From: Eledone cirrhosa
Lineage: Eukaryota
NCBI GenBank assembly: GCA_964016885.1
Contig: OZ024751.1
Location: 51,274,001-51,338,000, forward strand
Direction of reading: 5' to 3'
Length of the DNA stretch: 64,000 bases
The notes under the pieces were generated by a model that saw nothing but the letters and a program-made list of their open reading frames with translations, searched no databases and was not told where the DNA came from. Below are positions 12,101 to 25,780 of this stretch, piece after piece. Position numbers and translations under genes: made by a program. Every line of letters starts with the position of its first letter. Position 1 is the first letter of the stretch.

Positions 12101-14870
12101 AGAAGTGAGACATCATTGTGGATGAAGATATAGAAGTGAGACTTCAGTGTGGATCAAGATATAGAAGTGAGACTTCATTGTGGATCAAGATATAGAAGTG
12201 AGACATCATTGTGGATCAAGATATAGAAGTGAGACTTCATTGTGACTCAGGATATAGAAGTGAGAAATCATTGTGGATCAAGATATAGTAGTGAGACTTC
12301 ATTGTGACTCAGGATATAGAAGTGAGACTTCATTGTGGATCAAGATATAGATGTGAGACATCATTGTGACTCAGGATATAGAAGTGGGACATCATTGTGG
12401 ATCAAGATATAGTAGTGAGACTTCATTGTGACTCAGGATATAGAAGTGAGACTACATTGTGGATCAAGATATAGAAGTGAGACTTCATTGTGGATCAAGA
12501 TATAGAAGTGAGACTTCATTGTGGATATAGAAGTGAGACATCATTGTGGTTCAAGATATAGAAGTGAGACATCATTGTGACTCAGGATATAGAAGTGAGA
12601 CATCATTGTGGCTGAGGATATAGAAGTGAGACATCATTGTGGCTCAGGATATAGAAGTGAGACTTCATTGTGGATCAAGATATAGAACTGAGACATCATT
12701 GTGGATCAGGATATAGAAGTGAGACGTCATTGTGGATCAAGATATAGAAGTGAGACATCATTGTGGATCAGGATATAGAAGTGAGACGTCATTGTGGATC
12801 AAGGTATAGAAGTGAGACCTCATTGTGGCTCAAGATATAGAAGTGAGACTTCATTGTGACTCAGGATATAGAAGTGAGACTTCATTGTGACTCAGGATAT
12901 AGAAGTGAGACTTCATTGTGACTCAGGATATAGAAGTGAGACATCATTGTGGATCAAGATATAGAAGTGAGACTTCATTGTGGATCAAGATATAGAAGTG
13001 AGACTACATTGTGGATCAAGATATAGAAGTGAGACTACATTGTGGATCAAGATATAGAAGTGAGACTTCATTGTGGATCAAGATATAGAAGTGAGACATC
13101 ATTGTGGATCAAGATATAGAAGTGAGACCACATTGTGGATCAAGATATAGAAGTGAGACTTCATTGTGGATCAAGATATAGAAGTGAGACTTCATTGTGG
13201 ATCAATATATAGAAGTGAGACATCATTGTGGATCAAGATATAGAAGTGAGACTTCAGTGTGGATCAAGATATAGAAGTGAGACTTCATTGTGGATCAAGA
13301 TATAGAAGTGAGACTTCATTGTGGATCAAGATATAGAAGTGAGACATCATTGTGGATCAAGATATAGAAGTGAGACTTCATTGTGACTCAGGATATAGAA
13401 GTGAGACATCATTGTGGATCAAGATATAGTAGTGAGACTTCATTGTGACTCAGGATATAGAAGTGAGACTACATTGTGGATCAAGATATAGAAGTGAGAC
13501 TACATTGTGGATCAAGATATAGAAGTGAGACTTCATTGTGGATCAAGATATAGAAGTGAGACTACATTGTGGATCAAGATATAGAAGTGAGACTACATTG
13601 TGGATCAAGATATAGAAGTGAGACTACATTGTGGATCAAGATATAGAAGTGAGACATCATTGTGGATCAAGATATAGAAGTGAGACTACATTGTGGATCA
13701 AGATATAGAAGTGAGACATCATTGTGGATCAAGATATAGTAGTGAGACTTCATTGTGGATCAAGATATAGAAGTGAGACATCATTGTGACTCAGGATATA
13801 GAAGTGAGACTTCATTCTGGATCAAGATATAGAAGTGAGACATCATTGTGACTCAGGATATAGAAGTGGGACATCATTGTGGATCAAGATATAGAAGTGA
13901 GACATCATTGTGACTCAGGATATAGAAGTTGGACATCATTGTGGATCAAGATATAGTAGTGAGACTTCATTGTGACTCAGGATATAGAAGTGAGACTACA
14001 TTGTGGATCAAGATATAGAAGTGAGACTTCATTGTGGATCAAGATATAGAAGTGAGACATCATTGTGACTCAGGATATAGAAGTGAGACATCATTGTGGA
14101 TCAAGATATAGAAGTGAGACTTCATTGTGACTCAGGATATAGAAGTGAGACTACATCTTGGATCAAGATATAGAACTGAGACTTCATTGTGGATCAAGAT
14201 ATAGAAGTGAGACATCATTGTGACTCAGGATATAGAAGTGAGACTTCATTGTGACTCAGGATATAGAAGTGAGACTTCATTGTGACTCAGGATATAGAAG
14301 TGAGACTTCATTGTGGATTAAGATATAGAAGTGAGACTTCATTGTGACTCAGGATATAGAAGTGAGACTTCATTGTGACTCAGGATACAGAAGTGAGACT
14401 TCATTGTGACTCAGGATATAGAAGTGAGACTACATTGTGGATCAAGATATAGAAGTGAGACTTCATTGTGACTCAGGATATAGAAGTGAGACTTCATTGT
14501 GACTCAGGATATAGAAGTGAGACTTCATTGTGACTCAGGATATAGAAGTGAGACTACATTGTGGATCAAGATATAGAAGTGAGACTTCATTGTGACTCAG
14601 GATATAGAAGTGAGACTTCATTGTGACTCAGGATATAGAAGTGAGACTACATTGTGGATCAAGATATAGAAGTGAGACTTCATTGTGACTCAGGATATAG
14701 AAGTGAGACTACATTGTGGATCAAGATATAGAAGTGAGACTACATTCTGGATCAAGATATAGTAGTGAGACTTCATTGTGGCTCAGGATATAGAAGTGAG
14801 ACTTCATTGTGGATCAAGATATAGAAGTGAGACATCATTGTGGTTCAAGATATAAAAAGGAGACATCATT
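9140..14870. repeat. Tandem array of 31-bp units (about 185 copies), consensus GATATAGAAGTGAGACWTCATTGTGGATCAA
   Basis: 31-bp period read directly (9169, 9200, ...); variant units (ACATC/ACTTC/ACTAC; GGATCAA/GGCTCAG/GACTCAG); degenerate edge units. Confidence 0.97.
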
Positions 14871-14914
14871 TTTTATCAGAATATAGAAGTACACAAATAC
14901 TCATCACCATTTCT

Positions 14915-15232
14915 AACCTGGACAGAGATAGTTAGAGCTGATCTCAAAACAGTGAACCTCACAGAGGAGATGATGAAGGAATGCAATGAAATGAGGAAGA
15001 TGCAGTTGAGGAAGACCATGGAAGACTTGGGCAGAGATGGTGAGGATTGATCTGAAAGCACTGAACCTCACGGAGAACATGATGAAGGAATGCAACAACC
15101 GGAACATCAAAGCTAGGAGCAGATCTCAAATGCTGAACCACACAGAGGAGATAACTAAGGAATATAATATGTGAAGGGTGAAGGAAGGCTGTGCTGGAAA
15201 AAATGTAAAATTGATGACGATGATGATGATGA
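14915..15232 (+). mobile_element. Degenerate RTE LINE 3' end with triplicated segment
   Basis: Three copies of gatct..aa....tgaacctcacagagga; TW.E.V..DL-like translation; (GAT)n tail. Confidence 0.5.
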
Positions 15233-15554
15233 AATAGCCTTTGGTTGTTGCTTAATGATGGGACCTATTTATAAGGTAGAATAATTCTACTTCACAACAG
15301 ATGTTGGTTTCAGCCTAACAAAGCAAAACCTCACCAGTTTCAATGAACTTCCCTAGTTAAAACTGTCACAATTGCAAGATCTCAATAGTCTTAACATACC
15401 AATAAAACACCATACCACATCATTGTATATCCTAGATTTAGTTTACAGTAGAAATAATGACTGAGAGTGAACAGTTATTGAGAGCCAATAGTGACTGAGG
15501 GCTGATAAGAATTAAAATTACTACAAATATCCATAATTATGAACGCAAGACACT

Positions 15555-15882
15555 ATCTGTCCCTCTCTCCCTCTCTTTCCCTATATTTCTGTCTTCTAAT
15601 CTCCCTCTCACTCTCTGTCGATCTTTCTCTTCCTCTCTTTGTGTCTCTCTGTCTATCCCCCTCTCTCCCTCTCTATGTTTCTCTTTCCCATTCTCTCTAT
15701 GTCTATTTCTTTCTTACTCTCTTCCCCTTTCTGTATGTCTATTTCTTTGTTAATCTCCCCCCCCCCTCTCTCTCTGTCTATCTCTTTCTCTATTGGTCTT
15801 TCCCACTCTTTTTGTATTTCTCTGTCTATCTCAGTCCCTCTTCTACTTTCTCTGAATTTCTCTCTCTCTCTCTCTCTCTCTC
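15555..15882. repeat. CT-rich low-complexity tract
   Basis: Degenerate (CT)n/(CTCTGT)n. Confidence 0.85.
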
Positions 15883-16332
15883 CCAGACAGAGGAATTCTA
15901 GCTAGACAAGGTCAACAAAATGGGGAACATATATGAGAGACAACAACAACAACAACAACACAAACCACACAACATTACCAAAGACGACTCCTTCATAGCA
16001 TTTCATAAATTAATTAATATCTCAGACAATCTTAATAACTTAATTACCATGATAGTCTAATTAGTATCACCATCATCATCATCATTATTATTATTATTAT
16101 CATTATTACAACTGCCTTTAACCCCATTATTATTAATGTTGTTATCATCATCATCATCATCATCATCATCAGTATTGTCATCAACAATACCATTATCAGT
16201 ATAGTTATAAAATTTATTCTGTATAAAGCAGGAAGAGGAAGGAAAGCAAAACTCTCTCAATATATTGGAAATTATTCAAGTGTCTATTAATGAGGTTGTT
16301 ACCTGGGTCCACTCTTATATATATATATATAA

Positions 16333-16600
16333 TCATCATTATTTTACGTCCGCCTTTTCCTGTTTGCAAGGGTAGGATGGGAACTGATTGTGGCTTGATT
16401 TCTATAGCTGGATGCCCTTCCTAACACCAACCTCATTTACAGTGAGTGTTGGGTGCTTTTTTGCCGTGGCACCTCCACAACCACTTTGTAGTGGAATGAT
16501 AGGGATCCCAGTCCCTATCATCTCATTTCTACAGCCGAGTAAACTGGAGCAATGTGAAATAAAGTGTCTTGCTCAAGGAAATAACACATCACCCGGTCTG
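16333..16600 (-). mobile_element. SINE family B with RTE-like 3' tail
   Basis: Reverse complement of the 36399-36695 copy; includes ggttggtgttaggaagggcatccagct tail. Confidence 0.75.
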
Positions 16601-16624
16601 AGAAATATATATATATATATATAT

Positions 16625-16920
16625 ATATGAGAGACGTAAAATAAGAAAATTATAAAATTAACTTACTAAAATTTCACTCCCAACTAATTAGTTTCTGAAA
16701 GGGAATAAATATACTTTCCGAAGAAAATACAGAAAAGCCTTAAGTTCCCAGAGTCCACGCTTTGCCTGGAAACTTAGCTGAGAATAGACTTCCCTGACGA
16801 CGAAAGGCTTCTCTTTATTTTCTTCGGAAAGTATATTTATTCCCTTTCAGAAACTAATTAGCTGGGAGTGAAATTTTAGTAAGTTAATTTAATAATTTTC
16901 TTATTTTACGTCTCTCATAT
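16625..16920. mobile_element. (TA)n-adjacent fold-back insert with collapsed hammerhead-like core
   Basis: Inverted arms 16625-16741 and 16804-16920 with a few mismatches; CTGACGA-C-GAAA at 16794-16805. Confidence 0.55.
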
Positions 16921-17033
16921 TATTGTTCTGCAACCCCATGCATTGAACCACAAAGTTACTAAGACAAAACCTATGTATTTGCTAGCATTGGTATGCATCT
17001 GTGTGTATATATATGTTACTAGATATATTAATT

Positions 17034-17070
<37 letters not shown>

Positions 17071-17077
<7 letters not shown>

Positions 17078-17857
17078 TAAAATAACAGATTAAAGTTTAA
17101 GCAAAGAATCGCTGCTTTCACCCTTAACGGGAAACAAACAAAGTCAATCTGTAAACGCAGGACTGGATATTTAAAAAAACGTTGCAACCGGAGGAAGACA
17201 GGAAGACGATAGTTTGGTTCGTGGAAACGTTCGCTGGCTAAGAACGGGAAAAAACGAATATAATACGTCATTAATAGGAGCGGTGAAAAACAATTACGCG
17301 CAAAGACAGAATCACGTTTATGGTATAAAAGAGGTCGTAGACTAATGTTCTCTTAGGTGGTGCATAGAGACGTTCTCTGGCGATGAACGAAAAAAACGAT
17401 GATAATACGTCATGCTCCACATATGACGTATTATCTTCGTTTTTTTCGTTCATCGCCAGAGAACGTCTCTATGCACCACCTAAGAGAACATTAGTCTATG
17501 ACCTCTTTTATACCATAAACGTGGTTCTGTCTTTGCGCGTAATTGTTTTTCACCGCTCCTATTAATGACGTATTATATTCGTTTTTTCCCGTTCTTAGCC
17601 AGCGAACATTTCCACGAACCAAAGTATCGTCTTCCTGTCTTCCTCCGGTTGCAACGTTTTTTGAAATATCCAGTTCTGCGTTTACAGATTGACTTTGTTA
17701 GTTTCAGAAGATCCCGTTAAGGGTGAAAGCAGCGGTTCTTTGCTTAAATTTTAATCTGTTATTTTAATAAATATTTGCTCTACGGTTCTTATATATTTAA
17801 TATATATTTATCCTTATCGAGCCCTCTTTGGATTTTAGTCTTTAAATTTATTATTAT

Positions 17858-17862
<5 letters not shown>
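17071..17862. mobile_element. (TA)n-embedded fold-back insert A'-A-tail; same family as 61170-62000
   Basis: Arms 17071-17413 and 17423-17773 with substitutions and an 8-bp indel; tail 17774-17862 recurs at about 61905-62000. Confidence 0.75.
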
Positions 17863-17927
<65 letters not shown>

Positions 17928-17936
<9 letters not shown>

Positions 17937-18490
17937 TAAAAAAATAATGAATAAAACAATGAAACAGTTCCTTATATTAAACAAAAAAAGTTCATTATTT
18001 AACGATCGTTTCTAGGATATATATGTGTTAGAATTGGCATGCATATTCAACAGATCTATGTACAAAATTATACAAAATTATACAAACTATCAAAATTAAA
18101 TATACATACCAACACATATATATGCCGTCTTCAGAAATAATCATTATTTCTGAAGACGGCATATATATGTGTTGGTATGTATATTTAATTTTGATAGTTT
18201 GTATAATTTTGTATAATTTTGTACATAGATCTGTTGAATATGCATGCCAATTCTAACACATATATATCCTAGAAACGATCGTTAAATAATGAACTTTTTT
18301 TGTTTAATATAAGGAACTGTTTCATTGTTTTATTCATTATTTTTTTAATATTTTATCTTGACTCTGTATTCCGTTTATCTTTCACCGAAAGTGATTTTTC
18401 ATTGCATCTCTTCTTTCCATGATATCCGGATTACATTGAGTTCTTCATACGGATTGGACACTACCGTAAACTCTTGGTAGATTTATCTAC
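17928..18490. mobile_element. (TA)n-embedded perfect palindrome (214-bp arms, centre 18142) plus tail
   Basis: 17928-18141 is the reverse complement of 18143-18356; unique tail to (TA)n at about 18491. Confidence 0.75.
18142..18291 (+). ncRNA. Type I hammerhead ribozyme with long stem II
   Basis: Stem I CAUUAUUU/AAAUAAUG (8 bp); CUGAAGA 18150-18156; stem II AUAUAUAUGUGUUGG/CUAACACAUAUAUAU; GAAA 18272-18275; palindromic stem III ACGAUCGU; GUU site. Mirror copy on the minus strand at about 17993-18141. Confidence 0.75.
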
Positions 18491-18664
18491 ATATATATAT
18501 ATATATATATAAAAAACAAGTATGAAACAAGTTAGACCATTATTCAACACTTTCCAATATAAGGGATAAAGATCCCATAACTCTTGTGGAGTCAAAGAGA
18601 CACCGCCGAAAAGCTTGTCTAGGGCACTTTTTAGAGTTGGCGGAGCCCAATCCTCGCCAGCTCT

Positions 18665-18845
18665 GAACACAGCCAATTTTTTTCTGTAGAGGAAGAATCG
18701 ACCCCAGTACTGGAATGGTACTTTTTATCGACCTTGAAAGGATGAAAGACAAAGTTAACTCTGGCGGGACTTAAACTTAGAGCACGCAATGAGGTGGGAC
18801 AAATACCATAAAGCATTCTATCCAACATCTTAACAACTATGCCAA
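18665..18845 (-). mobile_element. Diverged SINE family A
   Basis: tggtactttttatcgacc...ggatgaaagacaaagttaactctggcgggacttaaact. Confidence 0.65.
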
Positions 18846-19390
18846 TAAATATTGGAAAGAGTGAGGGACCAACGCTTTCCAATAGTCACACTCTACTATC
18901 CCAAATATTGAGTACTCTGTTGAATAATGGTCTAACTAGTGTAAACTGGTTTCATCCAGTAAAAATAAACAAGCATCCAGTTATTAAACTAACCGGCTAG
19001 ACGTTTATAATAAATTGAAGTGAAAAGCAACAGGTGCTTGTGATTTTATTTGGCAGCATGACTTTCCCAAAGTATAACAATATATATATATATATAATAT
19101 GTATATATATATACACATACATACATACATGCATACATACGTACATACATGCATATATATACAAGGTTGAGGAAGAAAATGAATGGAGAGAAGGGGCAAT
19201 GTAGCTATTCATTAGTGCAAGTAATTAACACGGTAACTAATTGATTTCCCCCATCACTCAACTGCACAACCCTCCCCTGTCTCAACCCCACCCACCCTGG
19301 CTGCACCCTCACTCACCAAAATAGATATTTTTGTATTGTATCAAATTTTGTCAACAACTCAAACCCAAAATAACAATATTGATACCCACC

Positions 19391-19632
19391 GACACACACA
19401 TGTATACATGCATGTGTGTATATACACACACACATGTATACATGCATGTGTGTATATACACACACACATGTATACATGCATGTGTGTATATACACACACA
19501 CACACACATGTATACATGCATGTGTGTATATACACACACACACACATGTATACATGCATGTGTGTATATACACACACACACACACGTATACATGCATGTG
19601 TGTATATACACACACACACACACGTATATACA
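19391..19632. repeat. Compound minisatellite TGTATACATGCATGTGTGTATATA(CA)n
   Basis: About eight units with variable CA length. Confidence 0.9.
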
Positions 19633-19698
19633 TATTGTGTAATAAATCTTTCTTGTAATTTCAATAATTTTTGCTGAGTTTTTCCTAGTACCCTTTTC

Positions 19699-19741
<43 letters not shown>

Positions 19742-20185
19742 GCACATATATATACATATATACATATATTGTATATATATATACATATATATATAAACAT
19801 ATATATATACATATATATATGCGTGTATACATATATGCATGTATACATATATATATATATACGTGTATACATATTTATATATGCGTGTATACATATATAT
19901 ATATATGCATGTATACATATATATATATGCGTGTATACATATATATATATATGCATGTATACATATATATGTATATATATATGTATGTATATATACATAT
20001 ATATATATATGTATATATATATGTATGTATATATACATATATATGTATACATGTGCGTGTATACATATATATATGCATGTATACATATATATATATATGC
20101 ATGTATACATATATATGTATATATATATGTATGTATATATACATATATATATATATGTATATATATATGTATGTATATATACATA

Positions 20186-20239
<54 letters not shown>

Positions 20240-20430
20240 TATATATGTATATATACATATATATATATGTATATATACATATATATATATGTATTTATAC
20301 ATATATATATATGCATGTATACATATATATATATGTATATATATATGTATGTATATATACATATATATATAAATGTATATATACATATATATATATATGT
20401 ATATATACATATATATATATGTATTTATAC

Positions 20431-20468
<38 letters not shown>

Positions 20469-20562
20469 GTATACACGCATATATATATATGTATACACAC
20501 ATATATATATATGTATACACATATATATGTATATATATATATATGTATATATACATATATAC

Positions 20563-20595
<33 letters not shown>

Positions 20596-20668
20596 TGTAT
20601 ATATACACATATATACATATATGTATATACACATATATACATGTATATATGTATATATATATATATAT
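19699..20668. repeat. Interrupted (TA)n/(TATG)/(TACA) microsatellite tract
   Basis: Direct reading. Confidence 0.95.
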
Positions 20669-21479
20669 CCTACCCATGCTAGCATGGAAAATGAACGTTA
20701 AACAACGATGATGATGATGTGGACACACACACAAATATATATATATATATATATATACACACCCACACATACAAATACACACACACACCTACATATGTGT
20801 GTGTGTAGGCGTGTTTATGTCTATGTCTATAATTAGACTATTTATATGAAAGGCTTGAAAAGATTTCTAATGAAAAATGTCCCCTGACTGATGAAATTCT
20901 TAAAATAGATTCCTCAGCCGATCTATTTTAGTCGTGTGTCGAAGTTGTCATTAATCAGAAGTTCTATGTTCCCTCTACACTATAGAACATGTTGCCAAAT
21001 ACCAATTCCTTGGAACTTTACCATATTTTTTATTGGATTTTAGATATTTTTTGCTCTCTTTTTTTTTGTTTTGCTCTTCCTCCATGACTGCAGGACTGTT
21101 GTTGCTCTTGTTGTTAATGTTGTTGTTGAAGTTGTTGTTATTAATTCTGTTGCTGCTAGTGTTACAATGCTTGTTTTTGTTGCTGCTGTTCTTATTTTTG
21201 GGGGTTTTGATTTTTTTGTTTTTTCTTGTTTTCGTTGTTATTGATGCAGTTGGTGTTGCTCTTATTACTTTTGTTGTTGCTGCTGTTCTTGTTGTTGATG
21301 TGCTGTTTTTATTGTTGCTGGTGTTGTTTCACTCCTGGCTGTGTTCTCATCAAAACTCTTCCATACATCATGTATTTTCAACATTATATTATCCATTGCA
21401 GTCTTAGATATACTTTTTGTGATTTTGTTTCTTCTAAAGATATTTTTTTACTGTACTGAACATTGGTTCATAACTGGTT

Positions 21480-21812
21480 GGTAGTATACCAGTTTTGTTG
21501 TTGTTCTAGTAGTATATCAGTTTTTTGTTTCTAGTAGTATATCAGTTTTTTTTGTTTCTAGTAATAGATCAATATTTTTGTTCTGATAGCATAGCAGTTT
21601 TTTTGTTCTAGTAGTATACTAGTCTTTTTGTTCTAGTATTATATCAGTTTTTTTTTACTAGCAATGCATCGTTTTTTTTCAAGTACTATAACAGTTTATT
21701 TTGTTCTAGTAGTATACCAGTTTTTTGCTCTAGCAGTATAACAGTTTTTTGTGTTCTAGTAGTATATCAGTTTTTTGTTCTTGTTGTATATCAGTTTTTT
21801 TAGTAGTATATC
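21480..21812. repeat. Degenerate 22-25-bp tandem repeat GTTCTAGTAGTATATCAGT(T)n
   Basis: About 14 imperfect units. Confidence 0.8.
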
Positions 21813-23426
21813 ATATCTACATATCTATAGATACACACATACAACTGGCTGCCTTACAGCTTCTGTCCACCAAGCTAGATTGATTTCTTCCTTGTAAAGC
21901 AATGAGATAGACGAACAGTAATACATGCTAAGATGTTTCCCAAGAAAGAATGGGCTGCCCAGCACAAGTTAGTTATTAGTGTCATCAGAATAAACACAAG
22001 ATAGGACAAGATATGTAAGAAAATATGGCAGTGGGGGTTTAAAAGCTAAAGGACCTTTCTGTTAAAAATAGGCTTAGAAAGGCCCTACGGAATACATATT
22101 ATCAGAAGGGTGACAGATTAGATACATATAATTTAGAGGACAATTAGAAATTCTTACATGACAACCTATTGTGAACTACTGATGAGCTGCGTGGCTGGAG
22201 CAAAGCACCAGCCTGACTAAGAGTGATCTGGTGGTGGAACAGCACAGTGGATAGAAACATTAAGATGAAGAGACAGGCTTGGAAAGACTGGAAAAATAGG
22301 GGTAGCAGAGACTAGTACCAGGAGGCTAGATCACAGATGTATATCTCAAATAAAGGCTGAAAAAAGAAAATTTGCTAATGTCTTGTGATGTGAGGATTAG
22401 AGGCATGAAGTGTATGTATGTGTAAGTGTGTGAGTGAGTGAAAGTGTGTGCGTGTGCGTGTGCATGTGTGTGTGAGAGAAGGAGTGTGTGTATGTGCAAG
22501 TGTGTATAAGAGTATGTATGAGAGCGTGTATGAGAGTGTGTGTGTGTGTATTCTTTTCATCTTCTAAAATTCAGACACATACGATAATAACAAAGGAGTT
22601 GCTTTTATTTTAAAAAAGACACTCTGTTTCTTACACTCAGCCACGAGCTCATGTTTGTCTAATATTCTTTTTGTAAACACCACCACCACCATCACCAACA
22701 CTAAAGCATCGACCCCCCCCCCCCCCCAACAACATCAACACCAACACCAAATCATCAACAACACCACTACCACCATCACCAAACCATCAAAAATAGCCTC
22801 ACTGCTACCACAACCATTACTGGCAGCACAACCAGCACCACCACTACTACTACCATAACCAGCACCAGCACCACCACTACTGCCACCACCACTACCACCA
22901 TCACTACTACCAACACTACCTGCACCACCACTACTTCCACTACCACCACCACTGCTGTTATACACTGCAACATATATCCGCTTTTTTTATTATTATCTTC
23001 ATTTCCATAATTCATTTTTTGTTTTTGTTTTTGCCTTTTAAGAAAGAAAAATTAGAAATTTATGGTTAATTAATTTTCAATCAAAAGCGAAGTTCACGTT
23101 GTAAATTCACGGTTTGCTGCAATATTTTTAGAACATATTAAAAGACTCCTCTTGTATAATAGAATGGAATCAATATTTCTCTTTGTATTCATTCATCAAT
23201 AAAGAAAAACACTGTTTGCTTGCCACATTCTCCTTAATGATGTTGATGCTGTTATTGTTGTTGGAGTTGTTAATGTGGTACTTGTTGTTGACCAACATCA
23301 TTCTACTGACACCAAGATTTCAATAAAATTAGCAATATTGCAATCAATCCAGTTTTAGTTAAAACTTGCAGCCCAAACATATTATTTTAAGTCTTCCCAG
23401 TAAAGTTTATGTTAAGTGTCTGGTAA

Positions 23427-24322
23427 AAAGATGTAGGGAGATTATCCAGTCCAAGCTAGCTGGTGAATAGTGTGGTTTTCGCTTTGGACACAGAACAGTG
23501 GTAAGTCTTTGAGAAGTCATGGGAGTACTACCAAGAGGTGTATTCTTGCTTTGTAGACCCCGAAAAGGCACATGACCGCTGGAAAGAAAGCCTAAACAGA
23601 TTTCAAACTGATGTGTTTGAAACACATTTCTTTACAAGAATTTGATTTTATCTACCGGCTAATTAAAAAAAAATAACAAAGAAGCCTGCACAGTGCACTC
23701 TACATGTGAATGGAGTTCCACTGAAGCTGGTAGAGAAGTTCAAGTATCTTGGGGCTGTGTTCACGAGTGATGGAAGGCAAGAAACTGATTTAAGTGCAAG
23801 AATTGCAAGAGTTGGTACAGTAATGTACCAGCTTCAGCATGTGGTAATCAGAAAAAGGGAGGTAGTTGTAAAAGCCAAACTCGCTATCTTCAATTTGATA
23901 TTTGTGCCAACCCTACCCTATAGTCATGAATCTTGGGTAATGACCGAAAGAATACGATCACAAATACAAGTGGCCAAAATGGAGTTCCTCCGAAGGGTCT
24001 TTGGAGTAACGTTACTTGATAAAGTGCATAGCTCGGAGATCAGAGAGTCACTCCAGGTAGAGCCACTACTTCTCTGAATTGAGAGATCACAACTCCAATA
24101 CTATGGGCATGTGGTTAGAATATCTCAGGCAAGAAACACTGGACAGATTTTACAGGCAAAACCAACAGGTAGGAGACCCAAGGGTAGACCCCTGAGCAAG
24201 ATGGTTGGATAACATTCATAAATTTGGCTGGTCTTGTTTAGGGATCCAGCTGGATCAGTTGGAAACGGTTGCTTCTGACAGGATCCACTGGAAATAGTGT
24301 TTGATGATCTAATGACTCTGAC
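23427..24322 (+). pseudogene. RTE-clade LINE reverse transcriptase C-terminal fragment
   Basis: ORF 23706-24077 VEKFKYLG...ARIAR...SHESWVMT...MEFLRRVFGV...; continues past a stop as IERSQLQYYGHVVR...GRRPKGRP. Confidence 0.85.
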
Positions 24323-24521
24323 CATTCACTGCCAATGAAGAAATTAGTTATATCATTTAATCCTTCCAAATTATTGATTATTTTCAAATCTTTTGAAAAT
24401 CATAGGCAATATCTATCCATTAGAAATATAGTTAATGATTGGGTTAAATCATTGGGCAATAAACAACAACAAACCTGACTTTGGCATGATTTGATCTTAG
24501 AAAGTAGAAGGATAAAACTGA

Positions 24522-24710
24522 ATAATTGTTTCTACTTTTGGCACAAGGCCAGCAATTATATCAGTGTATTACTGGTACTTTATTTTATCGATCCCGTAAG
24601 GATGAAAGGCAAAGTTAACCTCAGCGGGATTTGAACTCAAACCATAAAGGGACGTAACTCTCTGCTGGAAAGCATGGCGTTCGACCCTCTACCGATACTG
24701 CCAATCCACC
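24522..24710 (-). mobile_element. SINE family A
   Basis: Full head-core-tail match to other copies. Confidence 0.8.
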
Positions 24711-25399
24711 ATAAAACTGAATAATGAACAACTTTTAGCCCCACACGTTCCTATTATCCCCCACCCCCTTGCCAACTTATTGCTTTCAGACATATTTTAC
24801 ACCATAAACAAACTGATGTTTATCTCACAGAAATTTGCAAATACTGTTTATTTTTAGAATCAATTCCATCTAAGATGAGGATGTTAGAATACAGATAATT
24901 TTTCAAAAGCTCCATTCATTCGGTTATTTAGACATTACTGATCAATAGTCAATACGATAATCACATTGATCTGGTCAGTGGTGTGCATGTATAGAATAAG
25001 GCTAATATTTATTACCATTTAAAGGTCCCACACTCTGTTCTATTTTTAGGATATTGTTGTTGTTGATGTTGGTGGTGGTTTTTTGTTTTCTTTTGTTCTT
25101 GTTTTCTCCCCATTTCTTAATCTTTTGAAATCTCGTTAATATTATAAATAGAGTTCCTGTCTTGTCAATATGGATCAGACAAGATGTAGAGAGAGAAGGT
25201 GAAGTCTACACTACTGCAAACAATAGAACTACAGATGACCCTTCACTCTCACCCCACCGTCACTCCCAACCCCCACCAACATTCTTACGCCCACCATCAC
25301 TCCAACCTCCATCCAAAGAATCATTATAGTAATATTCTGTTTGATTCTGTATTTACAAGAACATTAGTTGTGACTAAAGAAGAGAGCACCATTTTAATA

Positions 25400-25780
25400 A
25401 TAGCAACAGTTTCTATTTTAGACACAAAGTCAGCAATTTTGGGGGAGGGGGGAAAGTCGATTAAATCAACCCCAGTGCATTACTGGTACTCTATTTTATT
25501 GACCCCCGTAAGGATGAAAGGCAAAGCTAACCTCGGTGGGATTTGAACTCAAAACATAAAGAGCCATAACTCTATGCCACAAAGCATGTTGTTTGATGCT
25601 CTACCGATACTGCCATAATAATAATAGCTTCTAATTTAGACACAAGGCCAGCAATTTAAGAGGAGAGGAAAGTCGATTACATCAATTCAAGTGCTTCATT
25701 GGTACTTTATTTTAATGGAGCCAGGCTGGATGAAAGGCAAAGTTAACCATGGCAATATTTAAACTTAGAAAATAAAGGGC
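25400..25780 (-). mobile_element. Two tandem SINE family A copies (long-tail subfamily)
   Basis: Core plus ggggg..aaagtcgattaaatc insert in the tail. Confidence 0.75.

Noticed and set aside
9140-14870. CRISPR-like array of about 30-bp repeats
   Set aside because: Units are contiguous with no unique spacers, there are no cas genes, and the context is eukaryotic
18530-18937. 20-bp inverted repeat (18530-18549 and 18918-18937) and a GAAAAGCTTGTC motif
   Set aside because: Too short, no CUGANGA core and no second copy to define an element
19697-20788. Long Y/I/M/C-rich ORFs here and at 26, 30.8, 49, 51.6 and 59.7 kb
   Set aside because: Stop-free translations of (TA)n/(TG)n microsatellites
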